A stretch of 53,642 nt of DNA, filler included, from Catajapyx aquilonaris (GCA_000934665.2; 3 parts of 3 records of this genome joined end to end with filler, not necessarily neighbours in it), one strand, 5' to 3'. Counted from the first letter of the whole stretch, positions 1 through 14,695 are shown. Notes: generated by a model not told the origin, from the sequence alone. Translations and numbers: made by a program.

Positions 1-697
1 GATCCCAGCCCGGGGTTCCCTCCTTCATCCCGTGCAGAGTTGGGTCGTCTCTGGCTTCGTATTGGGTGGAATCTCCTCATGAGTTCACAAAATATACCGT
101 TTGAGAATTGCACTTGCACCTTGCTCATCCCCTCCCAGTCACCCTGCCCGTGGGCCCGGGCGCTACGTCAAAAAGGTTCCATCAAGACGAAATAAAGGTT
201 CCCTCCCTGCGGTACGATGCAGGGAGGTAAATAACTAAAAGAGATAGGCATTTCCATGGGAATGCAAATTAATTTATTGTTACTGATGCGTAAGTTAATT
301 GTTGAGGCAGGATTATGCGTGTTGTGGGAGTTAGGTACATTTTCGGAAGCTGAAACATGCGGCGTTAGATTCCTTGGAAAAAGTAACCCCCGATATGCTT
401 ATTTAAGGCGGTGTAGGGGCCTTCCCCTGGATTTCTATAAGGGACAAACATCCAAACTAACAATGAAGCTTCCTTATTTATAGAGATAGAGATTAATTCG
501 TAACTTAACGCCAACAAAAGCAAATCTCATTACATGATGTCACTTGCATTATTTATCCAAAATACTATTTTTGCAGTTATGCGATATATGACGAGAGCCT
601 TTTTAAATTATAGCAGAATTATAAGAAATTGCAAGAGAAATTTGAAACTATACAAAATATTTTTATTAGGGAAGACTGAAGAGGATAGATAAATTAA

Positions 698-1372
698 GAA
701 TGGGGAAGTAGCCTTGGTCTGGGATTTGGGATTTTTGTTCATAACTAGCTAGCCCATGCCTGTATAAACATACATTCCATCACTCTGTTGCATCAAAATG
801 ACATTACTGGATAAATTACGGCACATTTAAAAGTGCCTTCAAAATTGGCGGGAAAAACGGAGCGGCCGGGTGGTGCCAATCGAAAGGGTACACTGAAATG
901 CCTGGTTGACTGCGAGATATGAGGAATTTGACTTTGAATTAACCGCGGACACGACGGAAAGCATTCGCAAGGCGGCTGTAGGCCATCGAGGTGGAGAAAA
1001 GGGTGCCGAATTCGGGTGACAGATAATTCCTACCAGTTGGCACCACTGTCAGCCCAGAAGCGACTTGAGCGGCCTGGAATAAATACGCGCCCCGGCCGCT
1101 ATCTTGCTCACGGAATGGGACGGTTGCTAACAACAGCGAAGCATTTTACAACAATGACGGGGCGCGTTCTATAACACCATTTTTGCGTTCATTTCACTTC
1201 GCGTGACGTCAACATTTTCTAGGGAAACAGTGACGTCACCATTTCCCTACATAAAAACCCCAATTACTCCGGAACTGAAACTGATATCTTAAAACGGAAT
1301 ATGCCAAAAAAATCCAAAAAATATGGGCGAAGTTATTATGTAGTTTCCAAAATGAAGGCTACTTCCCCATTC
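698..1372. mobile_element. Non-autonomous TIR element (unclassified MITE)
   Basis: 18-bp perfect inverted repeat GAATGGGGAAGTAGCCTT (698-715) / AAGGCTACTTCCCCATTC (1355-1372) around a CpG-rich interior with two TGACGTCA motifs; TTAA precedes the left end but there is no clean TSD. Confidence 0.5.
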
Positions 1373-2989
1373 CAGTATTAATAGATTATAAAGGATGGAA
1401 AAGTACTGTATAGATAACCAAATATTGAGTTCAACACGCTCAAATGAAAACAATTTTTTACTACGTTAACTAGTACATATTTAACTCAAATATTATTTAA
1501 ATTTTAAGTGTGATGTGTCTCCGAAATTTTGAATGAGCAAATTATTCATTGAGATTTCAAATACGGTATAACAAAATTTTGTTTTCAATGTAGGCCTATA
1601 CTGAATACTGTGTCGTCATACTTTCCAATTTATTGACTTAAGTAAGAATCTCGGTAAGAATGTATTGCAAACGTTTGAAAAAATAAGCAAGAAACAAATA
1701 AATAATTTATTACACAATTTCCCTAAAACTGGGCATGTAAAAGATCCAAATCAATTTTAAATGTGGCTCAACTCAATGAGCCATATTTTAAATAAATTAA
1801 CAATCTTTGACATATCCCAAACCATCCCAAACATAACGAGAATAAGTTAATCTAGATTACCTTTACTGTTGAGGAAGGGTGAGATAGGGCTGACCACACA
1901 TCCCATATTACTGTACCTCTCTGTATATATACCCATACTGTTCTTATGGATAAACTTTCACTGCATTTATCGCCAATATCATCGCAAAACTGACCCTAAC
2001 TCCATCCATATTTCACCCCGTTACTTTTTTAGCAATTTGACAAAACCCAAAGAATGAGCCAAAGAAAAAGGTAACTAATCACCAGTGTCTCACTTAATAT
2101 AATTGAACTCGGAAAAAACAGAAAAGCAAAAACCGGAGCTGAGACGCATCCGAATTTGCACTTTTCACTTTGAAATGACAAAATCTACCTGTCCCGTACG
2201 TGCCTCGCCGCTACAAAGAATGTAGGTAATTTAAACACGACCCATAAAATTCTGCAATTTCAAATTCCTTTCTCTTTGCCAATTTTATTGAATTTACGTA
2301 CAAGAAACTGCATATACCATGGGTTTATCAGCCACTTCTATAAGAAAAAGGAAACCAAAAGTGTACTTTCTGAAAACGGCACTGGTAAACTGGGGTCCCC
2401 AGAGTTTTGTGATTGGCATGTAAGTGGTAAGCTGTCGAATCATGAATGGTGAACTACGGATCTCGAGCGCTTCTCAATGACAAGTCCTGAGTCGGTCAAA
2501 ATTGGGATAAATATAGGCGACGGGGAGCTTAATGAGGCCTTCTTTTGACCTAGCCCCCTCCTATACTTTACCATTATTACGGATGGATGGCAGTGTTTGT
2601 CATCGGATGATAAACTTGAGCCTTATTTCGGGATTTTTCCTATCTGAGTAGCGACTCAACAATAGTGGACATATAGTCCCTGGGGAACGACTCGAACTTT
2701 TACGAAGAGATTGGAAAGACAATGTGGCTGAGAGTTGCGATATACTACTACGGATCAGATGAATCATTTTCTCTGTAATATCCCCGTAATTCTCTTAAAG
2801 GAATTGAAAATAATGTACTCGATCAAAATATTGCTTATTGAATTTATATGCTTCGGTCAGTTGAAGAAAAGAGTTCCTAAAAAATGCCTGCATCACTATA
2901 TGCTCTTTTCGTGACGGCTTCTGTGTTTTCCCGATAGCTCCAACAAATGTCGTAATACAATGGAAAGCTGTGATTTTGGGCACATGATA

Positions 2990-3664
2990 CAGTGTAAATT
3001 AATTCTACTTTTGATTTAAAATTGCCGTCTGAAACATCCCATAAAAATTTATCTTTATCATTTTTTATCATTTTTTATCATTTTTATCATAATTGATCAG
3101 AATAAATATTATCCGAAGTTCTGGGCAGCTCTTGTTGTGATTTTAAATAAGGTGAGTCGGGGCAAGTGCGACCCTGTTTTACATAGGTTGACTTTGGGTG
3201 AAGATTGTGCCGCTCAGGAAGCTGTAAAACAGCTGAACTTACAATCACGTGCAGAGTAACTAATTCTCTTTTAGTGGTCACAGAATCAATAGGGTACGAT
3301 TTTGCACACTCCACATCGGGGCAAGTGCCAAATCCATGGCAGTTTCGGGAATAGTTCATTTTCAGACAATTGCAAAATCGTAACCTATTGATTCAGTGAC
3401 CACTAAAAGAGAATTAGTTACTCTGCAAGTTATTGTAAGTTCAGCTGTTTTACAGCTTCCTGAGCGGCACAATCTTCACCCAAAGTCAACCTATGTAAAA
3501 CAGGGTCGCACTTGCCCCGACTCACCTTACTTAAAATCACAACAAGAGCTGCCAAGAACTTCGGATAATATTTATTCTGATCAATTAAGTACTGTAATGA
3601 TAAATTTTTATGGGATGTTTCAGACGGCAATTTTAAATCAAAAGTATAGAATTAATTTACACTG
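2990..3664. mobile_element. Foldback/MITE with ~310-bp arms, TA-flanked, CAGTG termini (Tc1/mariner-pogo type)
   Basis: TA|CAGTGTAAATTAATTCT ... AGAATTAATTTACACTG|TA; arms ~2990-3306 and ~3371-3664 are near-identical reverse complements (ORFs 3087- and 3396+ give the same peptide). Confidence 0.8.
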
Positions 3665-4697
3665 TAAGTGCACTGGTGGCCTTATCTTTGGAGGAGAGCA
3701 TCGGGTAAGGGAAATGAGGTAAGTGGCGACTATAGCGTAGCAGTACACTTTTCTAGAGTTCTTTTCCGAATCAAAATACCTTCTCCCAGCGTCAAATTAT
3801 CAACTTTCAATAAAAATCTGAATAAGACGTGAGTATGCCAAGAGGAGAAAAAGTCCCTAAGTCACATAGTATGAGTTGACATGTGAATAAAATAAGTTCG
3901 TATGTCTCAGAAGCACTTCTTCAGTAAACGGAATGCCTCACTCACACGTTTAGCACACATTTAAACCTGAAAAATCCAGTCCAAATAGTAATGATCCATC
4001 TCTGCGGTCTTCCTAGGGCGCACTTTCCCCAGTGTCACATTGTCATGGGGCAACTACGACCTAGGGAACTAAAAGTGACGTCATAATCTTATCGTTAATT
4101 ACACAACATCTATGAAAATGTCATAGAAAATGCTTCATAACTATGCAAAAATAGAACACCCAGCATGTTGAAGTGCACCTACAGATAACATCTTCCGAAG
4201 TTCGTCGATCTTCTTCAGAAGGTGAGATGTGAGAGTCGCACGTTCCACCTCCGTCATAGCCACACAAAGCCAGTAGCGCGGGAAAATGTTTTCGCCATAC
4301 GTCATATGGGGCTGTTGCGAAAAGTGCTGCCCATACCGTGGCATGATTTTTTTTCTCCCCTAAGTCGCACTTAGCCCGATTCGGCACTTGCTCCGACTCA
4401 CCTTATGGATAATTGCAATAGTACCTGAATAGATATAACAAAAAGATGTGTCATTTCATCTCATAACTTATTGCAGTATTTTGAACAACGTCCACTCAAA
4501 CTATTCCTCGCGCTTATTCACAGGAAAAATGAGCTATTATCAATATGGGCTGTAGCGCAACAGCCTGATCAAATATTAGGAAAATTTTCACGTACCTCTT
4601 TAATTTGTCCTCTTTATGAAGCAATGTCCGTCAATAACGACAATTTCTTGTAATATGCGACTGTCTTTTGAGAAACTTATTTCAAATACTATACATA

Positions 4698-5274
4698 CAT
4701 GGTGTTTCTTACTAGTAGGTCAATCCGCAAGTGACATGTTCCTTGGCCCAAACCAAGTCGAAAATGTAGGGGGGGAAATGTCGAGGGACCAACCTGTAAC
4801 GAGGTAGACCGGGTAGACGACCAGAAACATTGACATTCCCATTGACACATTCGGAAACACACACGAAGCCTCTTTGTATAGGGAGATCTCCTGGCGGATG
4901 ACCCACGTGCCTCAGCAGGGTTGCCTAAGGAGAAGGATATGGGCGTGATAATAATGAGTGGTGGAATTTTGAGAGATCATCTCTTTCGCAGAAGTGAGAT
5001 CACCCATTTATCCTGTTCCCTATATAGGCAACACCTGTAAGGGCCACGAGTCCATCTGCCAGATCTCCCTACAAAGAGGCGTCGTGTGTGTTGCAGCATG
5101 TGTCTAGGGGTTGGCCCGGGTTGGCCAATGTTTCGGGTCGTCTACCACTCTACCTCATTACATGTTGGATTTCGACATTTTTCCCCCCATACATTTTCGA
5201 CTTGGTTTTGGACAATGAATATGCAACTTTCGGCTTGACCAAGGGGTTGACACATACTAGTAAGAAACACTCTG
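4698..5274. mobile_element. Diverged Tc1/mariner-type MITE with long imperfect arms
   Basis: TA|CATGGTGTTTCTTACTAGTA ... TACTAGTAAGAAACACTCTG|TA; ~230-bp arms still alignable in inverted orientation. Confidence 0.7.
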
Positions 5275-7402
5275 TATATTGCCTCTCCATGTAACCTCTG
5301 GCTCATGGATTTTTTTGGACAAGTTAATGAACAGTGTAAAGCTCGGTAAACCCACATATTGGAATCCGTGGATTCTGTAATACAGATAAGTTATGACAAT
5401 TTTAAAAATGTTGTTTCTTATGTATTCTGGGACACCATCTTTAAAAAAGTTGACGCTCGATTTCAGTTATTCTAATGTTATTCCTTGTCCAATAGTGTGT
5501 CCATGATGCAACAACACATTGGCTATAGTTTAATGGGAGGGCAGCCAGGATATGGTTGCAATTCTTATGGACCAATAATATTGTTTTCCAAATCTGGAGC
5601 TATATCTGTACAGATGACAAGCGAGAAACAGATATGGAGACATGGCGGAAGTATAAGAATAAGTTCGGTACTGGCTACCAGGGAAATAAATGACAGTTCC
5701 GATTATAGGGTTTGCCCGGGTTTGCCTATACTTTTATCCGACCAATGAGCTCACTTTCTCCCGATATCATCGTGATCCTTCATATCACTTGCTTTCTCCG
5801 TCTTCTCTTTCCGCATTAAACATTTACGATAGAGGGGAGAATGTTCAGAAGAGAGGTGTACAATTGGCAGAGTATCGCATGTGATATCTTCCATTAGACA
5901 AGCTGAGTTAGGTTATAGACTGGATTCATATCTAGGAAAAAAATTGGTCCGGAACACGTGGAAAGATCACTTTTTTTGTGCATGTTGGCGCTGCATGTAA
6001 AGCAGCATGTGCTGTTTATCCAGAATACGGACCATATGAGGTATGTTTGATTTTGCAAAATGCTTTTCAATAGTGCATCATTATGAAATGGATCATCTTC
6101 ATTCATTACATTCATTCTTTGTAAGATGCTGCCTAATTCCATATATGCTTGTAAGTTGTTTTACTAGCTGTAGTGATATACGAAAAATCAGCTTACAAAA
6201 GTTGTAGCAGGCCCGTAATGGCAATTGTAATTTTTAAAGACAACCTCGAAAGTAGTCCAAAGTAATTGTAAAAATGGAAAATGGTTTACATCGCACATTC
6301 AAAGACAATACTAAATCAATTACAGTATTCAGTGTCAAAATTTTTGACGTTATTAATAATAATTAATGCTGAAAGTGTGGCCAGATATCACAAAATATCT
6401 TCGATTTATGGCTGCAGGTTTGGTTTTATCCAAATGTGAGCATCATTATTAGCTTATGTGAATAATTTAATTTTTCTCGCTATGATATTAAAATCCATCA
6501 AGTACGGTATAGACCTGAAATAATGAGACAATGAAGCTGGAGGTAAGTCAGATCAGAAACAGGCAATAATGTCTTCAGCATACATGTCATCCGAAAATCA
6601 AATAGCTGCGATGGTTCATTATTGAAGAGAGATTAAATCTGGGCAGATGGCGACCCTTTTTCATTATCTTGCATAACGAAGTACAAACGAACTAGGACAA
6701 ATAGCACAGAGTATAGGGTGGAAATAGAATGTAGTGAGTGAAGCATAGTGAAGGCGGGCATAGAGAATAAAAGGTTTGGTTTGGGGATGGCCTGGGTGGG
6801 GCCAGGGGTGAGACCCCTTCAATGATGATGGGCCTTGTCTCTTGTGGGTCCATGGGCCTCACCAAACAGCGGCCACCTTTGTGCTACCTCATTAGCATTT
6901 AATGTGTCGCCCTGCAATCCGAACACGACTCCCACCTGCGGTTATTGCCAATTCCCCCCTCAAGGTTTGCACACATTCAGCCCAGCACCCCTGTATCAAC
7001 TACCACCAATAGCTCTCTAAATAAAGTTTGGCTATTGATGTAAAAAAATCAAATCAAATAACACGCAGAAAATTTTAGCAAAAATTAGGGAAGTTTTGTG
7101 CAAAAATGGGTTAACCTACATCCCACTTTAAATTCGTAACATATTATTCGACCACTTTTTAAGACGAATAGTGATTACCTACAATCCACTCCACTTGTGT
7201 ACCTAACAATACTGTTACTGTAACAATAACACTGCTACTGAGACACCATGATTTCAGTTTCGATGAGTTTTCGGGCTGCTTAAATGGTGTCAATCACTTT
7301 TGTTTGGGAGGCCAAGGCATACCGCTCCAATCGCTTAATGCACAGTAATGACCTGAAAAATCAGCAGGCTGGACGGAGATTTTTGATCCCATTCACTGTG
7401 TA

Positions 7403-7573
7403 CCTGTCCAACTTAGGTGACAAAAAGCGTCCAACTTCCAGGGTAGAGGGGTGTCCAACTTAAGAGCTAATGTGCCCATAAAAATAGATAGCCTTTTCCA
7501 CGGTTCCTGAAAAAATGTCTAACATAGAGGGGTGTCCAACATGTAGGGATGTCCAACAACAGGGGTTTTACTG
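7403..7573. mobile_element. Right end of a pogo/Tigger-like MITE
   Basis: Repeated GTGTCCAAC subterminal motifs ending GGGGTTTTACTG|TA; same family as 36166-36252. Confidence 0.6.
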
Positions 7574-8689
7574 TACGCGGAATTTTAAGGCTCCAATGCC
7601 AGTAGATATGCTTCTAAAAATATATTTCATTCGGCTTTAGATAAGAGACGACCGAGACGACTCAACATTTCGGCCTTTTACTAAGGCTGAGCAGTATAAT
7701 CAGGTGGCATATTATGTTCTGGTATCCTTGGAATGATGGGAATCTGGTTAGATTTACGGCCGTTCGAGTGACACTCTTCTTGGCCTTTGTACATCATCTG
7801 CTCTCCCTCATTTTCACGCCATTTATCTCCTTTTCTGAAGAACCCTCAATTAGATGAACGCTCTTCTTAACTTGTTATATTCAAAATACATCCGTGATGT
7901 ATTATTATTTATATGCTAGATGGCATGTAAACTGTAATTCATTTTGGAAGAATACTTCAAAAGTAGTAATGATTTTGAGAGTACAGATAGAACACCCCAT
8001 AATGAAAATGTCACATCATTGTGAGCGCCATTAGCACCCTGGGACTAGAACGGCTAATAAATCAAGAGGGGAAGAGAAACAGGATGGAAGTGTCGTAAAA
8101 AGTGTCCTGCTGGTCTTGTGCTGGTCGGCATAACGGCTCGGCTCCCTCTCGGGTTCTTGACTTAACCCTGAGGAGGACAATATAAATGTGTCCCTTTCTA
8201 CTTGAATACAATGGCTATGCCGTCTTCCCACGCTACTGGACACCACTAATGGCACCTTTATAATTTCTTGAACATTTCAGTCATTCTTCCTCTGTTGTAG
8301 CTCCGTTCGACAAACTAGAGATTTCGTCAATTTTTGCTGTAAGGATTATTTAAATAAACCTATATTTTGTATCCAAGATGTTCCGATTGAAATATTCGTA
8401 TAGTACAGGTGAGGATTTTTTTTTGTATAGCTTATTAAAATCACTTAATCACTTGCTTCTCAATTTCTAGTGTTTATCAAAAATATTAGATACAAGTGTG
8501 TTAAGATGCGTTAACTTCTACTTATCCGTTTTAAAGCTTGCAATGGATCTGACTTCCAAAATTGTGTTCTCTCAAGTTGGAGAGCAAATGCTCCAATATG
8601 ACACTCCGAGGCCACTCTCAATGAGAGATTCGATGAAGAATTGGTATGATTCGCAATGTGTGATGCCTACCACTTTGAAGTTCGTCCTG

Positions 8690-8985
8690 CGACAGATGTT
8701 GAATATGTCCTTCGCGAGCTTTAAGACATGTCTGAGTTCATAATTATATTGTCGAAGCAGTCGAAGACCTGAAGTGGGTGGGATCCGTTTAATGTCGGTG
8801 GCAATTCTGGCAATTACAAGTACTCATCTTCCCGTGCACCCGCAGATGATAGGCCGGAGGAGTGAGGCCAGGAGAATGAGCCAACCGAGATACGATGTGA
8901 AATTACGTGAACGATGTTTTACAATCATGAAGCTAGTTTGCATTTGCAGTTGCACCATCCTGCTGGAACCATGGTTCTTCAATTT
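8690..8985 (-). pseudogene. Decayed Tc1/mariner transposase C-terminal fragment
   Basis: Minus strand reads EEPWFQQDGATA (WFQQDGATA at 8945-8971), then WPHSSGLS (WPPRSPDL-like) and CLKAREGHIQHL (C-terminal GGHxEHL-like), with stops and frameshifts. Confidence 0.7.
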
Positions 8986-9548
8986 TACGCTCCCAGTGAG
9001 TCTATACCGATAGGAATGGTTTGAGAATGTCAGGACGGAAATGTTCTGCACATTTCTGCGTTTATAGTCTTTATGAACTTCCCTCAGTTGTGTGCAAATA
9101 TCTATTGGGCTCGGATTTGATCGTTAAGAGACATTTTCTTAAATTATTCATAAAGCTGATGGCATTCTACATAATTATACAACAGTTCGCTTGAGAAGGG
9201 ACACATAATATTGCTGTCAGATGACACTGTTTTGGAAGCTTGGAACGGTTGACTAGGGGTCATTCCGAAACAAGTGTGCTGAAATGTTGCTAGGCTATCT
9301 CCGATTTTTGTGAAATAAATCACAGCAGTACACACACACCTATGCCACAACTCTGCATATCAAGTTCCATACATATTGCTCAATACTAATAATATGGGTA
9401 GGGGAATAAAATCGCAAAATTGTGAAAAGTGCTCAGTGTTGGACTTTTTTTCCGGTTAGTGGAAGTGGTCAAAACCCAATAAGCATATAATTATATCAAA
9501 TAAAAGATAACGGCAAGGGGAATACGCTTATGAATGAGTTTTCCTCTC

Positions 9549-9842
9549 AAATGCAACGAGAAAAATGTGCGCGGCATTCCATCCGTCACATGTCAAATGA
9601 ATTTGGGCCCTTGAATATTTGGTATATTTGCAAAACAGAAATTATTTTCTCGCAAGCCATGCATGAACCAGGCTTGAAACTGACCATATTAAATATTGTA
9701 TGGGTCACAACTCTTGTAACCAAATATGACTCCTCTTATACTCAAATACATCCTTATAAATTGCTGAGACCTAAATACTTGGACATGTGACTGAGCAGCA
9801 TGTGACTAATGGAATGCCACGTACATTTTTCCGGTTACATTT
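9549..9842. repeat. Diverged inverted repeat (MITE remnant)
   Basis: AAATGCAACGAGAAAAATGTGCGCGGCATTCCATCCGTCACATG (9549-9592) matches the reverse complement of 9799-9842 with several mismatches. Confidence 0.55.
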
Positions 9843-12800
9843 TCGAGGTTTTTTTGTAGAACAGTGTTATTAGTAAAGGTTAATTATACGGAGTTACCGG
9901 GGGAGTCTTTTTATTTAACTACATAGTTACCCTTAACGTCGCCCTAAACTAGCGTTCATAAACCGGCCGAAATGCAGCAAACTTCATCAGTTTCGTAAGT
10001 GGTTTAACGGGAGAAAAGTGTAATGAATAATGATGGAAAGGAGGGCGAGGAAATAATTAGGAAGTTTAAAAAATATATTGTTTTTAGCACAGTAATATTA
10101 AATCATGATGTTTAATTATTCCTAATTTAATAACATATCCAGTACTTATAAATACTATGCATCACTATGCAAATCTCCCATCAGGCATATCTCAAGATCA
10201 TACAAAAATTCCCTTATTGTAATTTTAAGTCGATAAAAAAATCGAAAACTTCTGAAACCTTTGATTCAATATCATGCATGACAACCGCTCCCCAGTTCAC
10301 TTGGCCGTCACTTGAAGCAATGACAATGAGGTCACTACTGTATTCAATTTCATGAATGAATAATCTTTCTAGGTGTCTATCCTTAGCCATTATTTTGTAA
10401 CCGTGGTTTATATTATTCATGGTCCAAATAATGGGTGGCTTCCGGTACTGCAAATTATTTATGAGTCCTGCCATGCAGTTGGCCAAATACACACCAGGTT
10501 GACCCTATGGTATATTATCATTTCCTCTTTAAAACCTCTATAAATAGTGCTGATTGGTAATAAATTACTCTTGGCTGAATAGGAATATTAAGCAATCTCA
10601 CTCAAAAATCGTAACACAATGACGTCAAAAATCCTTTTTGGCCACAAAAAACGACGTACGTGTGGGCGGCCCCCTCGTGTTAAATGCAAAGCTGCGTACC
10701 TGGAACAGATTGGCATATCATGCAGACTTGGCGTCGCCAGTTGGCCAGGTGGGAGGGATCAAAGTGGGTAATTGTGGCCTCCATGCTGCGTAAAACCCAA
10801 AATGGAGGAGACTCCATGTCTGCACACCTTCTTCCTGCAAAATAACCCCTTTCTCTCCAACTGTTCGGTATTTAAAATCATTTAAATTGGACACTTCAAG
10901 TGTTTTTGGTATCAGTTCAAAAAATTAGTTGATGGATGATTGACTTTCTACCAAAAACCTCGCCAAAAACTGACTACAGTACCTGGGAATACAAAAAGAA
11001 TAGACAGAGAGCTTCGTGAAACGTTTCATCTATTTTCTCTAAAGCGTTGGTTTCATTATATTATTGAACTCCTTGGTGGTCTGTTATGAAATACAGAATG
11101 TGAAATTATATACGTGTAAGGGCAGATCGAAACATTAGGACAATTCCAATTTTTAAATGAATACTGAAACGTGTGCATATTGAAACGTGTGTCACATTAG
11201 CTTTTCGGTTTTGGCTAATCAACACAATCATGATTACTTTAAAAATAATAGCTTGTGAATCGTTTAGCTTTCATTGTACTTAATTTGTCAGATCTTGGCC
11301 TCAAAAAAAAATCCTGGGCTAGAAGAAACCTATTAATATTGAATTGTGTCGTAGGCATAATTTGAGCAGAAAAGATGCAATAATTGCATGAAGTTCCAGA
11401 CGCCCAAAAATGTAAGCTCATATACACAAACCTATCTTTTCAATCATATCATACTAAAATATACGACATAATGCATGTGTGGTACTAGTATACACTCACA
11501 AGTCAGTGGTACACCACACGCCATATTCTGCATAACATATTGGAAAATTTACCCTGTGGTCCTTAGCAACTGTATACGTATATAGGAATTCAGAGCTATA
11601 GGATGCATAACCCCATAACCATCATCAACCTTATCATTGTACTAGCCATAAACGTTCAAAAATCATAATTATCTCGGTGGGACAACTCATTTTGTCTTTA
11701 CCTTCACTGCTTCACACCATCTTCTAATACATCTTTTCCCGAGATCTTTCCAATTTCGATTTGCCAAACCTTCAGAAATTGACTATACAAACATTAGGCC
11801 GAGCATTGGGGCAAACTTTCCACTCATGTTGAGAATGGATTGTTATGTATGTTACAGTAGAATAGGATTTATGTTACTTGCCAACAAAATCTCTGAGGAA
11901 AATAATCTACTTATTACCATCACTATAAGTCTATAACTATGATACATTTTTGTCTGTAGATCTCTTCAAGAAACGTAGTTATATTTTTACTGAGAGGAGT
12001 TTAAAAAGCACAATTGTTTGATAAGGCAATATATTGAAAATTTTTCTACCAATTACTCGGAGGGTTCATTCACTAAATTCCTGTCAACCCATTCTCCTAA
12101 AATGAGTTATACATACTTCCTCCTCATTTGTGGGATAAAAAATAGTAGGCCTTCATCTTTCCACCTGGGGAGACTTTTGGCCAGAATTGCTTGATATCCT
12201 CGACGGTGCACACTGGTTTAATTTCCATGACGTGCTGATGATCAGTGGACCGTCATAACCATCAGTTAACCGTCAGAGAATAGCAATTGACATGACAGAA
12301 ATACAAATGTAAAGTGAGTCAAATCAATTTAGTAACTCGAAGTTACGGTTGCAATCCATGGTACTCTTGGAGTGCCAAAGCAATAAACGAAAATGACTGG
12401 ATTCATTCCATTTTGTTGTGCCATCAAATGGCATTGGCATATATTGAATAACGACACTGATATGCCACACGATTTTTTTGGGGGGAGATCCCTCACTTGT
12501 GCTACCAGATAAAAGCATTATCAGAGAATAACCCCATATTTTACACAGTTAGTCACATTTTCTTTTTTTTTTTTGCCAGTAAATGTCATGGTCTATAGGA
12601 CTTGGATGTTGAAAAATATCACATTGTAACAGAGGAGCAATAAATCGTGGTCCCTCTCAATAGGAATAGTAGAAGAACATTTTATATAATAGAAAATGCC
12701 AATAGGGATCTCACACGAAGGTTTCCTCTCCAGTGAGCTTCTTGAAAATTGGAAGAATAGTTTCTTTTCCTTTCAGAAAAATGTGGTTCTCGCCTTCCTT

Positions 12801-14695
12801 TGAACGAGATAAATTGGATACACAGAAGTTATATATGTTCAGATACCATGAAACTTATCTCCTCTCAGTTGACAAATTTACACCAAAATGGTTTTTAAGT
12901 CGCTGAGGAAGAAATATGTGTATTCGTGAGGGCTATTTTCCACAAAGGACTGGAACTGGATTTGGGAAGCTTTTTGAAACGGTCTTTTTGTGTTCCTATA
13001 TATTTATAGTGTCTAAAACCTTTATCAATAGATAATTTGCTTCAGTTAATTTAATTGTTGTTAATGACAGGTGAATATGTTGGTAACAACATCACTTATT
13101 TTAATTCAGATAAACAACAAAACAATCCATAAATATTTAATGATTAATGCTGTACCATAATATGGTACCTGTACAGTACTATAATTATTACTTATATCTA
13201 CATAATATATTATATTATGTAGATATAAGTAATAACTGTACAGGTCGTTGATTAAATAGAGTGGATTGTAGTGGGCATATAAAATAAAATAAAATGACGA
13301 CAATAACATTGAGGTTTGCGTATAGGAACATTTGGAAGAGAATCTTGATGCATGGTAGCAATATATATTACAAATACGAAGAATACAAGTCAGGAACCAC
13401 ATATAAATTATTGGAACCCGCTGTTTCAGAGGATTTAAGGGCCGAAGAGGTCAATTTCCCATCATGACTGAAGGGCAGCCGGTAGCTGTAATATTCTGTT
13501 TCCAATTAGTTTTATTAGAAAAGGCACGCGATTCATGAGGGTCCCAATATACCCGCGGGTTCAAACCCAACACCACTAGACCCATTTACTACAACCCCAG
13601 GCTCAAGGGAGCGATTTGTGAAGGAATCCATAAAGGAATCCCAGGGGCCATCTATCCATCCATTCTTATATAGACAGCCACAGGGATCGTTTTCAAGGGT
13701 CACATGAGGTAACAGAGTCTGGGGCAAGCCGTTGTGGTCAAAAGGATGAGACGAAGGTTTGGAGTTGAGGGGGAATGCGGTTAAAACCGCAACAAACCAT
13801 AGCATGAATTGAAAGGCAATAAATAAAATGGCAAGCCAGGTGCAAAAGTATAAAGTAATATGAGTCTGGAATGTTATATAATTTAGGAATGTCAAAATTC
13901 ATGTGTGTACCCATACTGATACGAAAATTACAGCAGTGTTGCCAATAATTTTCGGACGACCCAGTATATTATATAGATTATGAAAATTAAATTGTGGACA
14001 CTACAATATTATTATGTACCATATTGTTTGTAAGAGAATTAAGGTCTGTATTGCAGTCGGTTGATTAATAGCAAACATCACTTTATTAATAGTAAGATCA
14101 TAACTAAATTTGTGCAATCTTCGTGTAAGAATAAAGTTTTACGTGCAGTAAACAGTAAGTTACTCTAGACTGGTTCTTTCAAGTCAGTTCAACACGAGAG
14201 TAGCTCTTGGTATCATATTGGATTAGGGTGAATTGCTTTGAAACCTTTTCAAGTGGAAGTCTCCACCTGAAGAAACTTGCTTATAGAGGCATTCGTCTAA
14301 ATTAGATTTTGCAACTGGATAACGGTAGGATTTTTATAAATTTTACAGTTCTATTTCCTTAAACTCCGTTACAACATACATTTCAGAGTAATGGTAATAA
14401 GAAGGTTGTTTATGGTCGAGAACTTAACTTCGTAATGTTTGAGAGAAATCCTAATTAGATGGTATAGGACAATCTTGTATTGAACTGATATGCGTCACAT
14501 TAATTTTCTCTTATACAGGGTGGACGGAAAGTTTCGGACCCCCCCAGGTTTTTTAACCATACTTTTCACAGCGTCTTTTCACNGTCTTTTCACATCATTT
14601 AAAAGTCCACAAGAAGTTCTAATGTACACTATCTTTTGAAGCATAATCTTGAGAACATGTGAGCACCTTCGCTCTCGGATACTATGGCTTCTTTC

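Noticed and set aside
3087..3722. Two ORFs encoding the same ~65-aa peptide on opposite strands
   Set aside because: They are the two arms of an inverted repeat; no protein family features.
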